From Lepidodermella squamata (lineage: Eukaryota > Animalia > Gastrotricha), in assembly GCA_047495785.1 (NCBI GenBank), contig JBLDXI010000024.1, positions 1,674,001 through 1,738,000 on the forward strand: a DNA stretch of 64,000 nt, read 5' to 3'. Every line of letters starts with the position of its first letter. The first letter of the stretch is position 1. Below, one piece after another: positions 35,227-48,690 of this stretch. The notes under the pieces were generated by a model. The model searched no databases and had not been told where the DNA came from. It saw nothing but the letters and a program-made list of their open reading frames with translations. A program made the position numbers and the translations under genes.

Positions 35227-38200
35227 TTAGAAGAATCGCAACCAAGCCAACGCGATCAGGTTGATGAAAACCGACGGCAAGGCCATCGATGCGCCGCTCT
35301 TCGGCTCGACCGGTTTCGCGGGAACTTCAAGCGGCTTGATAACCCGCGGCGACTCCTTCAACATGCCGAAAATCGCAACCGGGCTGCCTCCGCTTTTCTC
35401 CAATCGCAAATAGGCCAGCGTGCAATAGGCCGAGCCGTCATTTGTCAGCTTATCCAGCTCACCGCCGACATTTTCAAACTGAATGATACCTCGCTCGGAC
35501 AGGTAGACATGAACCGGGTAGTTGTTGTTCATCGCCGTCGCGTAGTCTTCAGTCAACAGGCTGTCGATGCCAATTGCTACGACTTTACGATCTTCAACCA
35601 AGAACTGGGCACCCTCGAGCGATAGACCAGGGAAATTCTTTGCGTAAACCTCCGGCTTGTCCCAGTTTTTCAGGCCGAAACCAGTCGATAGGATGACGAG
35701 CGATTTTTCCGGAATTTTCACGCCGGTTCTCGTTTCCCAGTCGACGAGGTGCTGCTTCATGATTGAAAAGTTGTCCCTATCGCCGTAAGGTACATCGACC
35801 CGGAGGCAGAGAGGCCGTTCCAGAACATCAGGTAACTCAAGCGTATCACCCTTGCCGGCATCTGTGTGGCCAGGCGTGTCGAGATGAGTGCCGTAGTGGT
35901 CGTAGAAAACCAGTTTCTTGCCGTTTTCAGTCAAAGTAGGGCGAGAGATGTTGGAACGAATCGGAACCTTCTCAGCCGGGCCCCAGTTATAGCTCAGCGA
36001 GATGTAGTTATTCTTCGAACAACGATCGACTACGTCACTGTCTCCAGCATCGAAAACGACAACATCACCGAGATTAACGCGACGAGGTGGCTGCATCGAT
36101 TTCACAGAATCGCCCAGGGAAGAGCCGTCAGCCATCGGGGCGAAGTTGAACTTGAAGCCGTAGTACAGCTTGTTTTCATCGATGTCATCCTCGTCGAAGT
36201 TGTGCTCGGGCCGGTGCAGGTTTTCAATCACGGTCATTTTAGCGTCGAGCAGCTTGTTGCGAATGTCGTCCGGCAGCTGAACTTCGTCGAAAAAGCCGAG
36301 ACACAGCTTCTTTGACGCGGCTTCCTTGATCAACTCGGGGTCGTGCAATTTGGCGAGGTCAGTCGTCAAGAAAAGCACCATTGTCTCTTCGTGAATCTGT
36401 CAAAAAATATAAAGAAGTCTTCAATTTCTTCAATTTTTGAATGTAAATTTAAAAAATTTGAAATTTAAAATTTCGATTTAAAATTGAAATTTTTTTTAAT
36501 TGTTTTATTTTTGAAGTTTTTTATTTTGTTAAATTTTTTTAGTCTAACCAACTCAAATGTCGAAGCTGTTAATTTTTGAAATTTTTTGAAATTTTGTAAT
36601 TTGAAATTGAAGTTTGAAATTTGAAACTAAACATTTTTGAATTTTGAATTTCTTTAAGGCTCAAAATTAGCTACCTCTTGAAGCCTTTTCCTGATAGTCG
36701 TCAGCTCAGTAGTCTTGATGAATCGGGTTTCAACACAGCCCTTGGTCCAGAACATTGGGAAGTCCATCGGCATGCTGAAAGTCGTCACCTTATTCAACGA
36801 CGGATTGACTCCAATCGTGATTTCGTTGAACTTCAGCTTGTTCTTCTCTTGCGGCGAAGTTTTGAACACGTCCATCATAACTTCTCGCAGCGAGCAATCG
36901 CAGCGTTCACCCTGGTGGCGGATCACGCGACCGAATTGCCAGCGCTGGTTCGAATCGCTGCTGGCTTTAGCTCCAATTCCGGAGAATGTTTCCTTGATTT
37001 TCGTGCCGACAGACGAGATTTTATCCGTGGCCATTGTGACGATCGACTTGCTTTCTTCCGGCTTCTTCTCTTCCGGCTTCTTCTCTTCAGTTTTGACACC
37101 TGTTGGCTGGCTTTCAACAACCGGCTTTTTCTCCTCGGTTTTGACAACAACGCCGCTCATATCCATATGGTCGTAGTTGGGTAGCCCGAAAACTGCGAGT
37201 GGCGACGAGGTTCCGCCGACAACGCGAAGGTAAGTGAAAACGCAACGAGAGCCGACATCTGGGAACTTTTCAGCGCCATCGAAACGCAGATTGACGAAGC
37301 TGGGGATGTTCTTGCTGGCTAGGTAGCCGTGCGATGGCCAAAGATTCTTGCTCGACTTGGAATAATCATCAAGCGTCATGCCTAAAAATTGGAAAAAATC
37401 GTTAAAAAAAATGTCGAAACAATTCAGGCAAAAAATTATATACAAAATTAAAAATTTAACAATTTAAATTATAATTAAAATAATTTCAAAAATGTTTAAA
37501 TTTCAAATTTTTCAAGGTTGACTTACTGTCAATGCCGACCGCAACAGCCTTGCGCTCTTCAACCAGCCATCTTAAAGCATCAACATCGATTCCGGGGTAG
37601 TCCTTGACGTACTTATCAACTGTAGACCACCGCTTGCCAAAGCCAGTATTGATCAAAATCGAACTGTACTCAGGAATGTGGATATTCTTATCCTTTTCCC
37701 ACTGCTCGAGATGGCCGCGAGTGACCATGTAATTCGCAGTTTCGCCGAATCGGACGTTGATGCAAACGCAGGGCGAGAAGAAGAAATCATTGTTGAGATT
37801 GGCGACATTCGCTTGGCTTTTATCGAATCGATACGGCGCAATCAAACTCGACCCAGTTTGGCCTGAGAATCGCAGCCAATGTTCGCTGTTCGTCTCGTTT
37901 CCAACCGTGATTTTGCGCTCGGATAACCGCGGCAGTTCGAAGCCTTGAAGTAGTGGCACGTTCTCGGACAACATATTCCGGCCGAAGCTGACGATTTCAT
38001 TCGCTTTTTCCTGGCAGAATTTGTTCAGCTTTTCATCGCCCTCGAACAGAACCATGTCAGCGAGATTGACAAGCGCCTTCAGCTGAACCTTTTCGTTGCT
38101 GTAGATCGACGTAGCATTCGAAAACGGCATGAAGATCAGCTTGAAACCGTGGTATTTTTTGTCGGATTTAACAATGGTCAGCAGGTCGATTTCGGCTGGC

Positions 38201-38874
38201 AGATCGATGTTTTCGATGAACGGAATGTGGTCGTTGACCAACGACTCTCGGCAACTGTTTTCAAGCGGCTTGAGGCGCTTCAGAAATCCGATCTTAACCT
38301 TCTTCTCGCGCAGTTGCATCCGAATGTTGGTGTTCATTTTCGATTCGACAATATCGTTCGACATGATCAGCAAACAGTCTTCGGGAATCTATCGAAATTT
38401 CAAAATTTTAAATAAAATTTCAATTTTTCAATAATTTTTTCAACAATTTCAGATTAATTTTGCATGCAAATTTTGACGAACCTTCTCTTTTGTGGCCAAG
38501 TCTTCAAAGGCCAGAAACTTGACGCAGAAGCAGCCGCGTTGATGGTCTTCAATCAGCTTGGTGTAGTCAGTTCCCTTGTAATCGCTCGGAATCGGGATGG
38601 TCACCATAGTTCGCCGGTACCGCATTGGGTCGATGCCGATATTGATGTACTTGCCAAGCATTTTCGCCGTTTCATTTCCGGCCTTGTAGTAGTCGACCAA
38701 ATCGCCGGCATGTTCCAGCAAAACGCCGTCACCCTCGTCCGACTTGATCTCGGAGCCAAGTTGGAACCGCTTCGGTTTCGTCGCCGATAGTGGCTTCATT
38801 TCGACCTCGCCGGTCGCGCCCACCAGCGTTGTCACGGCAGCAAAACATATCAACAATTTTGCGAAAAGTTGCAT
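35227..38874 (-). CDS. GPI-anchored two-module Cyclase-family protein, gene C (module 1 inactive, module 2 intact)
   Basis: Exons 38874-38482, 38388-37527, 37381-36675, 36396-35227. Signal peptide; QTGSSLIAPYR (dead); KTEEKKP linker repeats; HYGTHLDTPGH and HVYL..FENV (intact); tail KSGASMALPSVFINLIALAWLRFF. Confidence 0.85.
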
Positions 38875-39148
38875 CCTTCCGCTTTGGAAATAAAATGTAT
38901 GTATGTATGTAGATTGATTTGTTTGAAAAATGATAATTCTCAACCCGAAATCGCCGGCTTATAAAGGGAACCAATCATTATTATTATTATAGATTGCGCA
39001 ATAACAATTCGATTGTTTAAAAACCGTGACGTAACGTAGTTTTATTAGCTTGAAAAAAATCGATTTGTATTAAAATTCAGTTTGAAACGATGAGCAGATC
39101 ATAGCCATGGTTATTGTTTCAGTTCTTATAGTTGATAAATTACTTTGA

Positions 39149-42100
39149 TTAAAATCGAACGAAATAGACCAAAAACAGGGCGACAATGCCGGTGAAAACG
39201 TAAGGAGCCGCGTTCGAGCCTTCGTTGCCTTGCTTAGTTGCCAGAGTTTCGACTTCAACAGCCAGCGACGGGCGGGAGGTTGGGAGATCGGGTAGGCCGA
39301 ACAAGGCAACCTGAGCTGCGGTTCCTTTCTGGTAGCGGATGTAGGACATGACTGCCCGACCGCCGAATCCGTTCAGGTAGTCGAGATCGCGGCCGATGTT
39401 GACAAAGGTGATGACTTTTTGACTGGCCAGGTATTCATGGGTTGGGAATTTGCCTTGGTTAGCGAGCTTGAAGCTGTCGAGAGCCATGCCTTATTATAAA
39501 AAAAATTCAGAGTAAAACTGAAATTTGGTGTGCGGAGTGGAAACCCTAAATTGAGGGTTCAGCATCAAATTTGAGGCTCCAGCACCCATAGCACTCGATT
39601 TTCCCAAAATATGGTTTTCGAGTTTCAAGTAATCCCAAGAATCACTATTTTTCATTATGATCGATGACTTTACGAGTTTTACTCCAGCCTTCAGAGCCGA
39701 TACCGATTCCAAGTATCGAATTTGCAAATCAGTGATTTTTCCGATATCAGAAGTTATGGAAGCCAGCAATCGCAAATTTTCATTATACCCCTATTCTTTA
39801 GGGTATCAGGTAGCTAGAATAAATATTCCCAAGGTCATGGAGGGGTCCAATTTCGATCAAGAAAAGAGTCGGAAAACTTGAGAGTACCTCGTTTGTGGGC
39901 CACAGAAATCGCATAAAAACCGTAGCAGCACAATTGTGGCGCAAATATTTGTTTGCACTGGGTCAAAATAATAATATGACTCACTCGTACAAATCGCGCG
40001 CTTAACTAGGTCAGGTCATTCGATTTAATGATGATTTTAGCAAAAAGAGAAGCTGAGAAAAAGTCGTCGTGCTTAATGACGAACCTGAGGAACCTCAATT
40101 TTCAACCCAATTAAATTTGAACTTACTATCGATGCCGATAGCAATCGCTTTTCGTTCCTCAACCAGAAACTTGGCAGCCTCGAGCGAAAGGCCCGGGAAA
40201 TTGACCTGATACACCGAGGGTAACAGCCATTTATTGCCATGATCGGTATCGATAACAATCAAAGCGTAGTCTGGGATTGTTTGCTTGGTTTCCTTCTCGA
40301 ATTTCTCGATATCTTCACGCTTGATCGAGTAATCAGGCCCAGCCGGGATCTTCACCTTGACCAGCACTGGGTTATCGAAATAGGTCGGCACTTTCGTAGT
40401 GTCGAAGGCGTTTGAGAAGTAGTGGAAGGGCGCGTCGAAATGCGTGCCAAAGTGGTCGGAGAATCGAATTTTATCCGAATCGTTGACTCGAGTCGGCGCG
40501 ATGACGCCCTGGAAAACGGGGATTTTTTCGGCCGGGGCGAAGTTCTGGCTCAAAACTCGGACACCCTCCCACGCGTTCGGCTTCGAGCAACGGGCGTAGA
40601 CCTCGGCAGTCCACGGCTGGTTGTCGAAAACGACCAAATCCGCCAGGTTGATGTTGCGCGACGGGTTCATCTTCAACGAGCGAAGCAGCGACGTTTCTTC
40701 CTTCATCGGCGCGAAAACAAACTTGAAGCTGTAGTACACCTTGTCCTCGGAGATTTTGTCGTCGTTGAACACGCCGTCTTCAGGCCGGGCCAGGTTTTCG
40801 AAGAAAGAAATGCCGGCTTTGACGAAATCGTTCTGCAGATTGGTCGGCAGTTTTGATGAACCGAAAAATCCGACGGTGATCTTCTTATCAGCGAGGGTCT
40901 TGATGATTTCGCCGGTTAGAGCTGTCGAAAGGTCCCAGGCCATGAAAATCACAATGTTACCGGGTTTGACCTGGAAAAAGAGACAAAAAACAATTCTTGA
41001 TTGTAATTTTATTCAAATAAATTTTTTTCATTAATCAATTTAAATAAAAACATTCCCGGTTTAGCGAGTGATAGCGGCTGAAAATACATTTTTTCTCAAT
41101 TTTTGAAAAAAAATCTGGGAAATTTAGAGGCATATAAATTTGCTAATGAGCGTCCAAAATGACCTACTAATTATTCACCTTTTTATGCGAACATATTTTA
41201 AATTTCCAAAAATCAGGGAAAATTCGGAAAATCGCAGCAGCTGGAAATTTTGGTCCAAATTTTTTTAATTGAAAATTCAGTTTTTTGTAATTTTCAAATG
41301 ATCTATTTACCTGGCTAAGCTTTGCCTTGATCACAGCCGAATCGACAGATTTGATGAAATAGGTTTCCAGGCACCCTGCAATGGCTTTGCTAGGCAGATG
41401 AGCGCCGTGATCTTCCGCCTTCAACGGAGTCGTGAACGTAGTCACCTTGTTCTTCGTCGGATCAACCGTCAACTCGACTTCATTCGCCAACAAGCGATCT
41501 TTCAAAACCATCGCCAACTTTTGAGTGCTAACCGGGTGAACATCGATATCAGCGTTCTTCTTGATAACCGCGCCGAGTTGCCAACGGGCTGAAACCGAAG
41601 GCCCGGTTTCTTCGGATGAAACGTCGTAATTCGGCAGGGCGTAGATTGCGACGGGAGACGCGAGGCTTTCAGCAATTCGAAGCGGCGCGATGATACAACG
41701 GGCACCAGCTACGTTTTCCGGGAAGGTCGAATCCTCGATCCGGACATTGGCTAGAACTGGAATGTTGCGCTCGGCGAGGTAGCCATGAGCTGGGTACTTA
41801 TTTCCGACACCATCGTCGAGCTGCATGGTATCAATACCGATAGCAATTGCCTTTTTCTGCTCAACCAAAAATCGCGCAGCATCGGCCTCAAGAACCGGGT
41901 AGTTCGAGCCGTAAACATTCGCGTTGTTCCAATATTTCACGCCGAAACCAGTGTCGAGGAAAATGATTGACTTGTCAGAAATCGATCGCTTCGCAACGAG
42001 GTCTTCAATCATTTTCGCCGTGATTTTTTGGGTATTCGCGGGAATTTTCACGCGAACACACGGCGCGAAATAGGTGTTATCGGGCAATCGCGATACGGTT

Positions 42101-43022
42101 GGCTTGTCAAGGTCGAATCGCTTCGGCGCCACGACGTGAGTGCCGGTTCGGCCGGAGAATTTCAGCCAATTTTCACCACTGACTTTGCTACCAGCGAACC
42201 TAGCGCGTTGAACATCGCTTGGCACCGGGTAATTATCGCTGAGAATGTTTTGCGTCAAAATCTGAACCCGACGCTCGGCGCAGTGCTTCGTCATTCTTTC
42301 ATCGGTTTCGAACAGGGTCAAATCAATCAAATTGACTGAAATATCGCCGTTCGAGGTCGTGACCGAGGTGCCGTTTTTGAATGGCGAGAAGACGAATTTG
42401 AACGCGTAGAGAATTTTAGTCGACGCCTTGGTAAGATCGAGACTGGCTGGAATTTCGACATTTTCAATCAGATCGATGCCACTTTCGATGAGCAGCTTTC
42501 GCGAGGCCGAGTCGATAGGGAAAGCCTTCTGAATGGCAAAGGTGAAGCGGCGGCGGGCTGATTTCAGCTTATTCAACAGATTCGCATCGAAATAACGTGA
42601 GTCGAAGCTGTCCGTGAACAGGATGAAAGATCCGATTGGAAGCTGGTAAAAGGTTCAATAAATAAAATCGAGCTTCAAAAAATGTAAATTACATTATCGA
42701 TGTATCCTGCAACTTCCTTGAAACCAAGTACGAGGGTCTTGATGCAGCCTTCGCTTCTAATTCGTTCAGCGATGTTCGACCCGGAAATTGTTGAAAAGGT
42801 CGTGAACTTGTATGTTTCGAAATAATCGATGCCGACTGATATTTCGGCCTTAGCCATCATGCCCTTGGCATCGCCGGCCTTTTTGTACTCAACTGGCGGC
42901 TGAACTTCAGTTACTGAACCTTCTCCACTACCAATAACGCGGCTCAGGGAGTAACGACGCGGCAAAGTATTGTTCGCGTTGGCGAAACAAAACAGCGTTA
43001 AAATTAAAATTAAAATGTTCAT
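39149..43022 (-). CDS. GPI-anchored two-module Cyclase-family protein, gene D
   Basis: Exons 43022-42693, 42642-41311, 40970-40127, 39489-39149. Signal peptide; RTGTHVVAPKR (dead), then HFGTHFDAPFH; tail GSNAAPYVFTGIVALFLVYFVRF. Confidence 0.85.
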
Positions 43023-43118
43023 GGTATAAAAAATGTTCTAAAAAAAGTAAAAAAATCCAGCTTAATCTCGTCTTCCAACTTTACTCATAACTCTTCACAA
43101 AAATATGTGTTTCATCAC

Positions 43119-45367
43119 TCAAATACGGCTGAAGAAATAGGCGAAAACAACAGCAAAAATGCTGCTAAAGATGGATGCATTCACGGCGCCTGAGCTTGAT
43201 TTGCCAGTTGAAGCCTGAGTGCTGAGCGAGCCATCAGGCAGGGCGAAAATAGCGGCCTCGGCAGCGGTGGTTTCGAAGCGCAGGTACGAGATGACGCACT
43301 GGCCCTTGATTTTGTCACCCAGAGGCGCGAAATCGAGGTTCAGAATGGCGGGAATGTTCTTGCTGGCCAGGTAACTGTGAACTGGGTAGGTTTTCGGGGC
43401 ATCGAGCGAAATCGAGTCGATACCGATAGCTTTCGCTTGCATGGATTCGACCAAATACTTGGCGGCCTCCATATCAAGAGTCGGGTACGAGGTCAAGTAA
43501 GTGGGGTTTCCCCAGAAGTTGGCGCCATTGGTCGTGTCGAGGAAAATGATCGATCCGTGCACAAGCTTTCAGGTTCAGAAAAAAATGTGAAATGTAAATA
43601 TATTGTTTACCAATATTCGCAAGCAAAAAATCCATCAGATCAATTTTTTTTTGAGATGCAACTCAAGAAATTGTACCAAATAAAATTGCACCTTCATCAG
43701 AAAAGAGCGCCAGGTGGGGCAATTTTACCATTTCACTCACCGCCTGTTTTATTTCACAGCTTGAAAAATGGTACATTTTCTTGGGACGCGTCTCATTTAG
43801 CGCGCGCGGGAAAATTCTACATCTTTTGGTAGCATAAATTGCAAAGTAAAATAAATATTCAATATACTAATGAAACAAATACCGTAATGGGTCCTAAATA
43901 TGGACAAAACACGATTTTCAATTAAAAAAATGGCTTTCATCGTCCGAAGAAAGGGAAAAAAATGACAAAGCTTCGTCCGAGAAATCTGGATGGGCAGGTA
44001 AATTTTGGAGAATCTAGGAGCCCACCTTGATTTAAAAAAAATCTCGCATAAATTTGAACACGTCATTTTCATACGCTAAACTTAGAACTCAGTCAAATTT
44101 TATTTCCTGTTGCGCCCAGGAGGCGATTTATTTTTCGGAGAAATATGCCAATTTTTAGATATATTCGAGGCCCAAGTTCAAAGTGCCCAAATTTAGGGTG
44201 ACCAAATTTTTGACCCATTACGGTAATTTATTAAGATCGATGAAAATTATGATTAAATTTTACCTTGTTCTTAGCGTCATAATCTTCAAGCATTTTCTTT
44301 GTGATGACGAAATTTCCCTGCTTGTAGGGCGGAGTAATCTTGATGATGACGTAGTTGCCGAAAACGCCGTCATCCGACAAGCCGGTGACGTTGGGCAGGG
44401 AGGCACCGAAACGGCTCGGGGCTGCGATGTAGGTACCAAGGTCGGTCGAGAACTTCAGGAACTTGCCGTCATTGTCATACTGCGGGCGAATGGTGCTATC
44501 GGTGACAGGGTACGTTTCCTTGGTGACAATGTCGCGATTGAGGACAGCAACGCTCGTCTTCTTATCATTGCAGTACTTTTCCAACTTCTTGGTCTCATCA
44601 TCGATAAGGACAACATCGACGAGATTGATCGTAGCCTTGTAGTCCTTCTTCGAGTCGAACTTGTAAACCGAGGTGTTGTTCTGGAAGAAGTTGGCGACGT
44701 ACTTGAACGCGTAGTAGCTCTTTGTCTTGTCAACGATGCTGATCGGGACGTCGAGATTGCGGATGAAGGCAATGTTCTTATCTTCGAGTTCCTTGCGAAC
44801 CTTATCGGACAGAGGTTTCAGCGTCTTCTGGAAGCCTAGAATAATGTCCTTGCCCTTGATCACCTTGAGTTGATCCTCGAACTCCTTCTCATCAACGTCT
44901 TTGGTCAAAATGACGATAGACTTTTCGAAGGTCTGTATAACGAATAAATTGAATTTTAATTTCACATTTTTATGAAGTTTTACCTGCTTATTTGTCGCAT
45001 TGGTGACCTGCTTTGATAATTCTTCCAGGCTCATGAATCGGGTTAGGACACAGCCGTCGGTTTTATCGACCTTGCCCTTGTAGTCGGACGGGGCGCTGAA
45101 GGTCAAAGTAGTCAAACCGCGGTTCTTCTTCTCGTCATCGAGCTCCTTGCCTTCCCCGATAGCAACGCTAACATTGCTGGCAAAAACGGTAAATGCAATC
45201 GAGGAATCCGCGGGCTTGTAGGCAAGCGGGACACGATCGATCCTGGACCCATCAGTGTTCATGTTTTTCATCATAGAGCTGATAGGATAACGCTTCGGCT
45301 TTATCGGATTTACATCTGCCGCGTTGATAGCGACAAAAATGGCCGCGATAATCGCAAGAACTTTCAT
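43119..45367 (-). CDS. GPI-anchored single-module Cyclase-family protein, gene E (inactive motif)
   Basis: Exons 45367-44984, 44932-44264, 43565-43119. Signal peptide; DLGTYIAAPSR; AIGIDS; tail SSGAVNASIFSSIFAVVFAYFFSRI. Confidence 0.85.
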
Positions 45368-45683
45368 ACTTTCAAAAAATCTAAAAATAATAATTGATTC
45401 TTAAAATTTTTTATTAAATCCATTTCAGATATTATAGAGTTTTTTAGTTGTTATAAGCCATCCAGGCGTGATGAGTCTCACCGGTTTTACATTTTATCAG
45501 CTCTATTAAAAGCAACAAGTGTAGAATTTTTCCTGTTTAAAGAGGTCTTACTCTGTTTTTTTTCTGAGACTTTCGATATAGTATTTATGAATCATAGTAA
45601 TAATATTTAAATCATAGAATTCTTTTTACAGTGTTCAAAGTGCTGAATAATAATTTTTGAGTCACTGAAGGCTTCTATAGGCT

Positions 45684-48600
45684 TTAGATAAAGGCAAGAC
45701 GGGCTAGCAAAGCTGAGACCAAGACGACGGCCATCGAAGGCATCGAAGCAACACCGGCGCTCTTCGTCTTCGACTTGTCGTTGTTCATCGTGCTTGGGTC
45801 TTGCTTATCGGCCTCGGCGACTGGAGGCTCGAGCTTGCGAGTAGTAGTCGTCGTAACGGCCACTTTTTTAGGCGTCACGGTGGTAGTAGCCTGGGCCGTT
45901 GTTGTTTCAGGCTTGGTTGGCTATATTTATAAAATGATATTAAAATTAGTACCGAACTATTTTCAAATATTCCAATTTGATCGATTATAAAAGCTCGATA
46001 TTTATATTGATTTATCATAAATAAGCTAAAAAAAGTTTGCTGGGATAGAACTTTTTTGTAGGTTATGAGATGTGAGAACGCGTGTCATCATCATTCATGC
46101 AATGATGAATCACGCCGATCATCGGCTCAATCACGCAAATCACAACAGATAGTAAAACTTGGATTCGCCATTCACAAAACTTAAAGCCCAGAATTTGTTG
46201 GCAAAATCTTATATTTTCCTTTCCCTATTGACTCGCGATATTTCGATAGAGAAATAATTGGGATGCAAGAATTCGAAAACCCCATATTTTTATCCCTTCC
46301 CATGCGGAGCAAATCCAGTATCAAGTTGGTCACGTGACCTTACCTGATGTCACACCTGAGCGGTTATCTCGTGAACGTTGATAGCTAGGATGCCGCTCTC
46401 AAAGAAAAAAATCATCGGCGTGATGATATCTACCTTAAGACTCGACAGGCTGTATGAAAATCATCTGTGCTGAAGCCTCAAATTTAGGGTGCATACCTAG
46501 CCCTTCACTGCGATAAGAAATTTCGGGAAATAAAATAAATTTAGCCAAAAATGGTTTTGAACGATTTTTTGCTTGGGATATATTGAAAACTGAAATGATA
46601 AATATTTGTACCTTTTTCGTCGACGAGATAGTCGTGGTTCCAACTGTTGTCGAGGTCATAGTCGTGGCAGCTTGAGTAGTAGTAGTAGTAGTAGTCGAGG
46701 TTGTCGGTGAAACAGTCGAAGTGCTCGAGGTAGAATCGGTCGTCTTTTCAGAATCAGAGACAGGCGAACCCGAAATAGTCGTCGTGCTCACAGCAGTCGT
46801 AGGTGGCATTCCAGTCGTCGATTCGGACCTGGACAGCGGCGTGACCGTGGTTGAATCAGCGGTTGTTAGCGTCACCTTGGCCTCAGAAAGAGCTTTCGGG
46901 GCAACTGACCTCGCGATCGGCGAGACAGTCGTCGAGTCGTAGCCATTCAAAGCAAACAGACCCAGGGGAGCATCAGTGCCATCGACAGATCGCAGGTAGG
47001 TCAACACGCAGCGGGCGCCATTTTCAGCAATCAGCGAGTCGCTCAGGCGAAGATTCAGCAGGGTCGGAATGTTCTTCGAAGCCAAATAACCGTGAGTCTT
47101 GAACTTATTATCCTTGCCATCATCCAGCGACGGCGAATCAATGCCAATAGCAGCTACTTGGTACTCTTCAACCAAGTATTTAGCGGCGTCTTCTTCCAAA
47201 ACCGGAAAATTGGTGCTGTAGGTTTCAGTCTCGTTAATCCAATGATCTTCGCCGAATTCGGTGTGAATCACAAAGATGGCATCTTTGGGAATGCTGCTGG
47301 TCTTAACGGCATCCTTGATCAAAGACTTGGTGATTTTATTCTCACCAAGCGATGAGTAAGGAATATTGACGCGGATGCAGGGTGCGAAGAAAGTTTTCTT
47401 CGGCAAATCAGCGGTTTTCGACATTTTCTCGTCGAAGTGATAAGGTGCGGTCAGGTGCGTGCCAGTCTGGCCGGCGAACTTCAGCCAGGTGCCCTTGGTT
47501 GGAGTTTCAATTCTCATCGACGGCCGGCTAAGTCCAGGAGCCATCGGGTAGTTGTCAGTATTAAGGCGGTGGCTCAGAACGGAGACGTCCTTTTTGGCCT
47601 TGCTGCAGTAGCTGCTCAACTTATCGTCAGCTTCGTACAACACAACATCGGCGAGGTTGACGACAGTGAGCAGAAAGCCACCCTCCTCTTTCGGTTCGGT
47701 TTCGGTTTTGAAGACCGAAGTGTTATTCTTGAAGAAGCTGAAAACGTGAGAGAAAGCGTAGATAGGCAGCTTGGTGTTTTCAAGATCTTCCTGCTGCTTC
47801 AGGTCGAGATTTTCGAAGAACGGAATCTTGGCGTGGGTGATGGAATCCCGGTCTAACTGTGACAGTCTGCCGATGTTGCGGACGAAACCGAGCGTCAACC
47901 TGACGAAATTCTTATCTTTGACTTCCCCAAGCACTTTGCCGGTGAACTTTGCCGAGTCAAACTTCTCTGTGATAATGAACAGGACGTAACGCACTGGAGT
48001 AGACTCGGTTATTACAACTGGCAGCTGCAATACAGATCGCGTTATTTTAAAGAGAATAAACAAAAAAATTAGTTAAAGCTTAATTAAGGAATATTGAGAC
48101 AACAGGAGACAACTGAGAACAAAAAATTGACAAATTAAATTATTTGTATTATTTTTGAATTTTCTACCAAGAGCTGGGAAATCGATAACCGAAACCAAAA
48201 ATAAATGGAAAATTCTAAATACAAATTGTTAAATAGTTAATAATCGTTAAATAGTCTAAATCCGACTTGATCGGCCCGCTACCAATATGTGTTTTACCTT
48301 TTCATAAAAAGAAATAAGGTCGTCGAAGGTTCCGATCTTGGTCTCGAGACAGTAATGGCTCTCAACAAGGCCGCTGAAATCTTCATCAGGCTTCGGCGGC
48401 TCGCTCAGGTGCACTGAAGCTGTATAGGTTGTAACGCCGTAGTTGTTGCCGGTGCTGACCGAGTTAACATCCACCGTGGCAGTCATGCTTCGCATCGTGC
48501 TTTTCTCGCCATCACCTCGGAAATATTCAAGGGTCGAGAAATCGACATTGCTGCCCTGAATTGACTTCTTATTCAGAATAAAACCAAGCTGGTACCGGTT

Positions 48601-48690
48601 CAGAGCTTGTTTCGACGAAGGGACAATATTGCTGGCTGCCAGCTGAAACCCAGCCAACAAAACAGCGCAGGTAAAAAAGTTCGATAACAT
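45684..48690 (-). CDS. GPI-anchored Cyclase-family protein with a Ser/Thr mucin-like stalk, gene F (inactive motif)
   Basis: Exons 48690-48298, 48024-46612, 45920-45684. QTGTHLTAPYH; long Thr/Ser-rich region; tail SAGVASMPSMAVVLVSALLARLAFI. Confidence 0.85.

Noticed and set aside
34951-44839. Long plus-strand ORFs (34951-35625, 35866-36315, 36678-37184, 40422-40856, 44183-44839)
   Set aside because: Antisense shadows of codon-biased cyclase exons, with no recognisable motifs.
46435-46500. Possible alternative terminal exon of gene F (MHPKFEASAQ..*), echoed at 21142 in gene B
   Set aside because: The conservation is explained by the recent duplication, and the acceptor is weak; it cannot be supported without cDNA.
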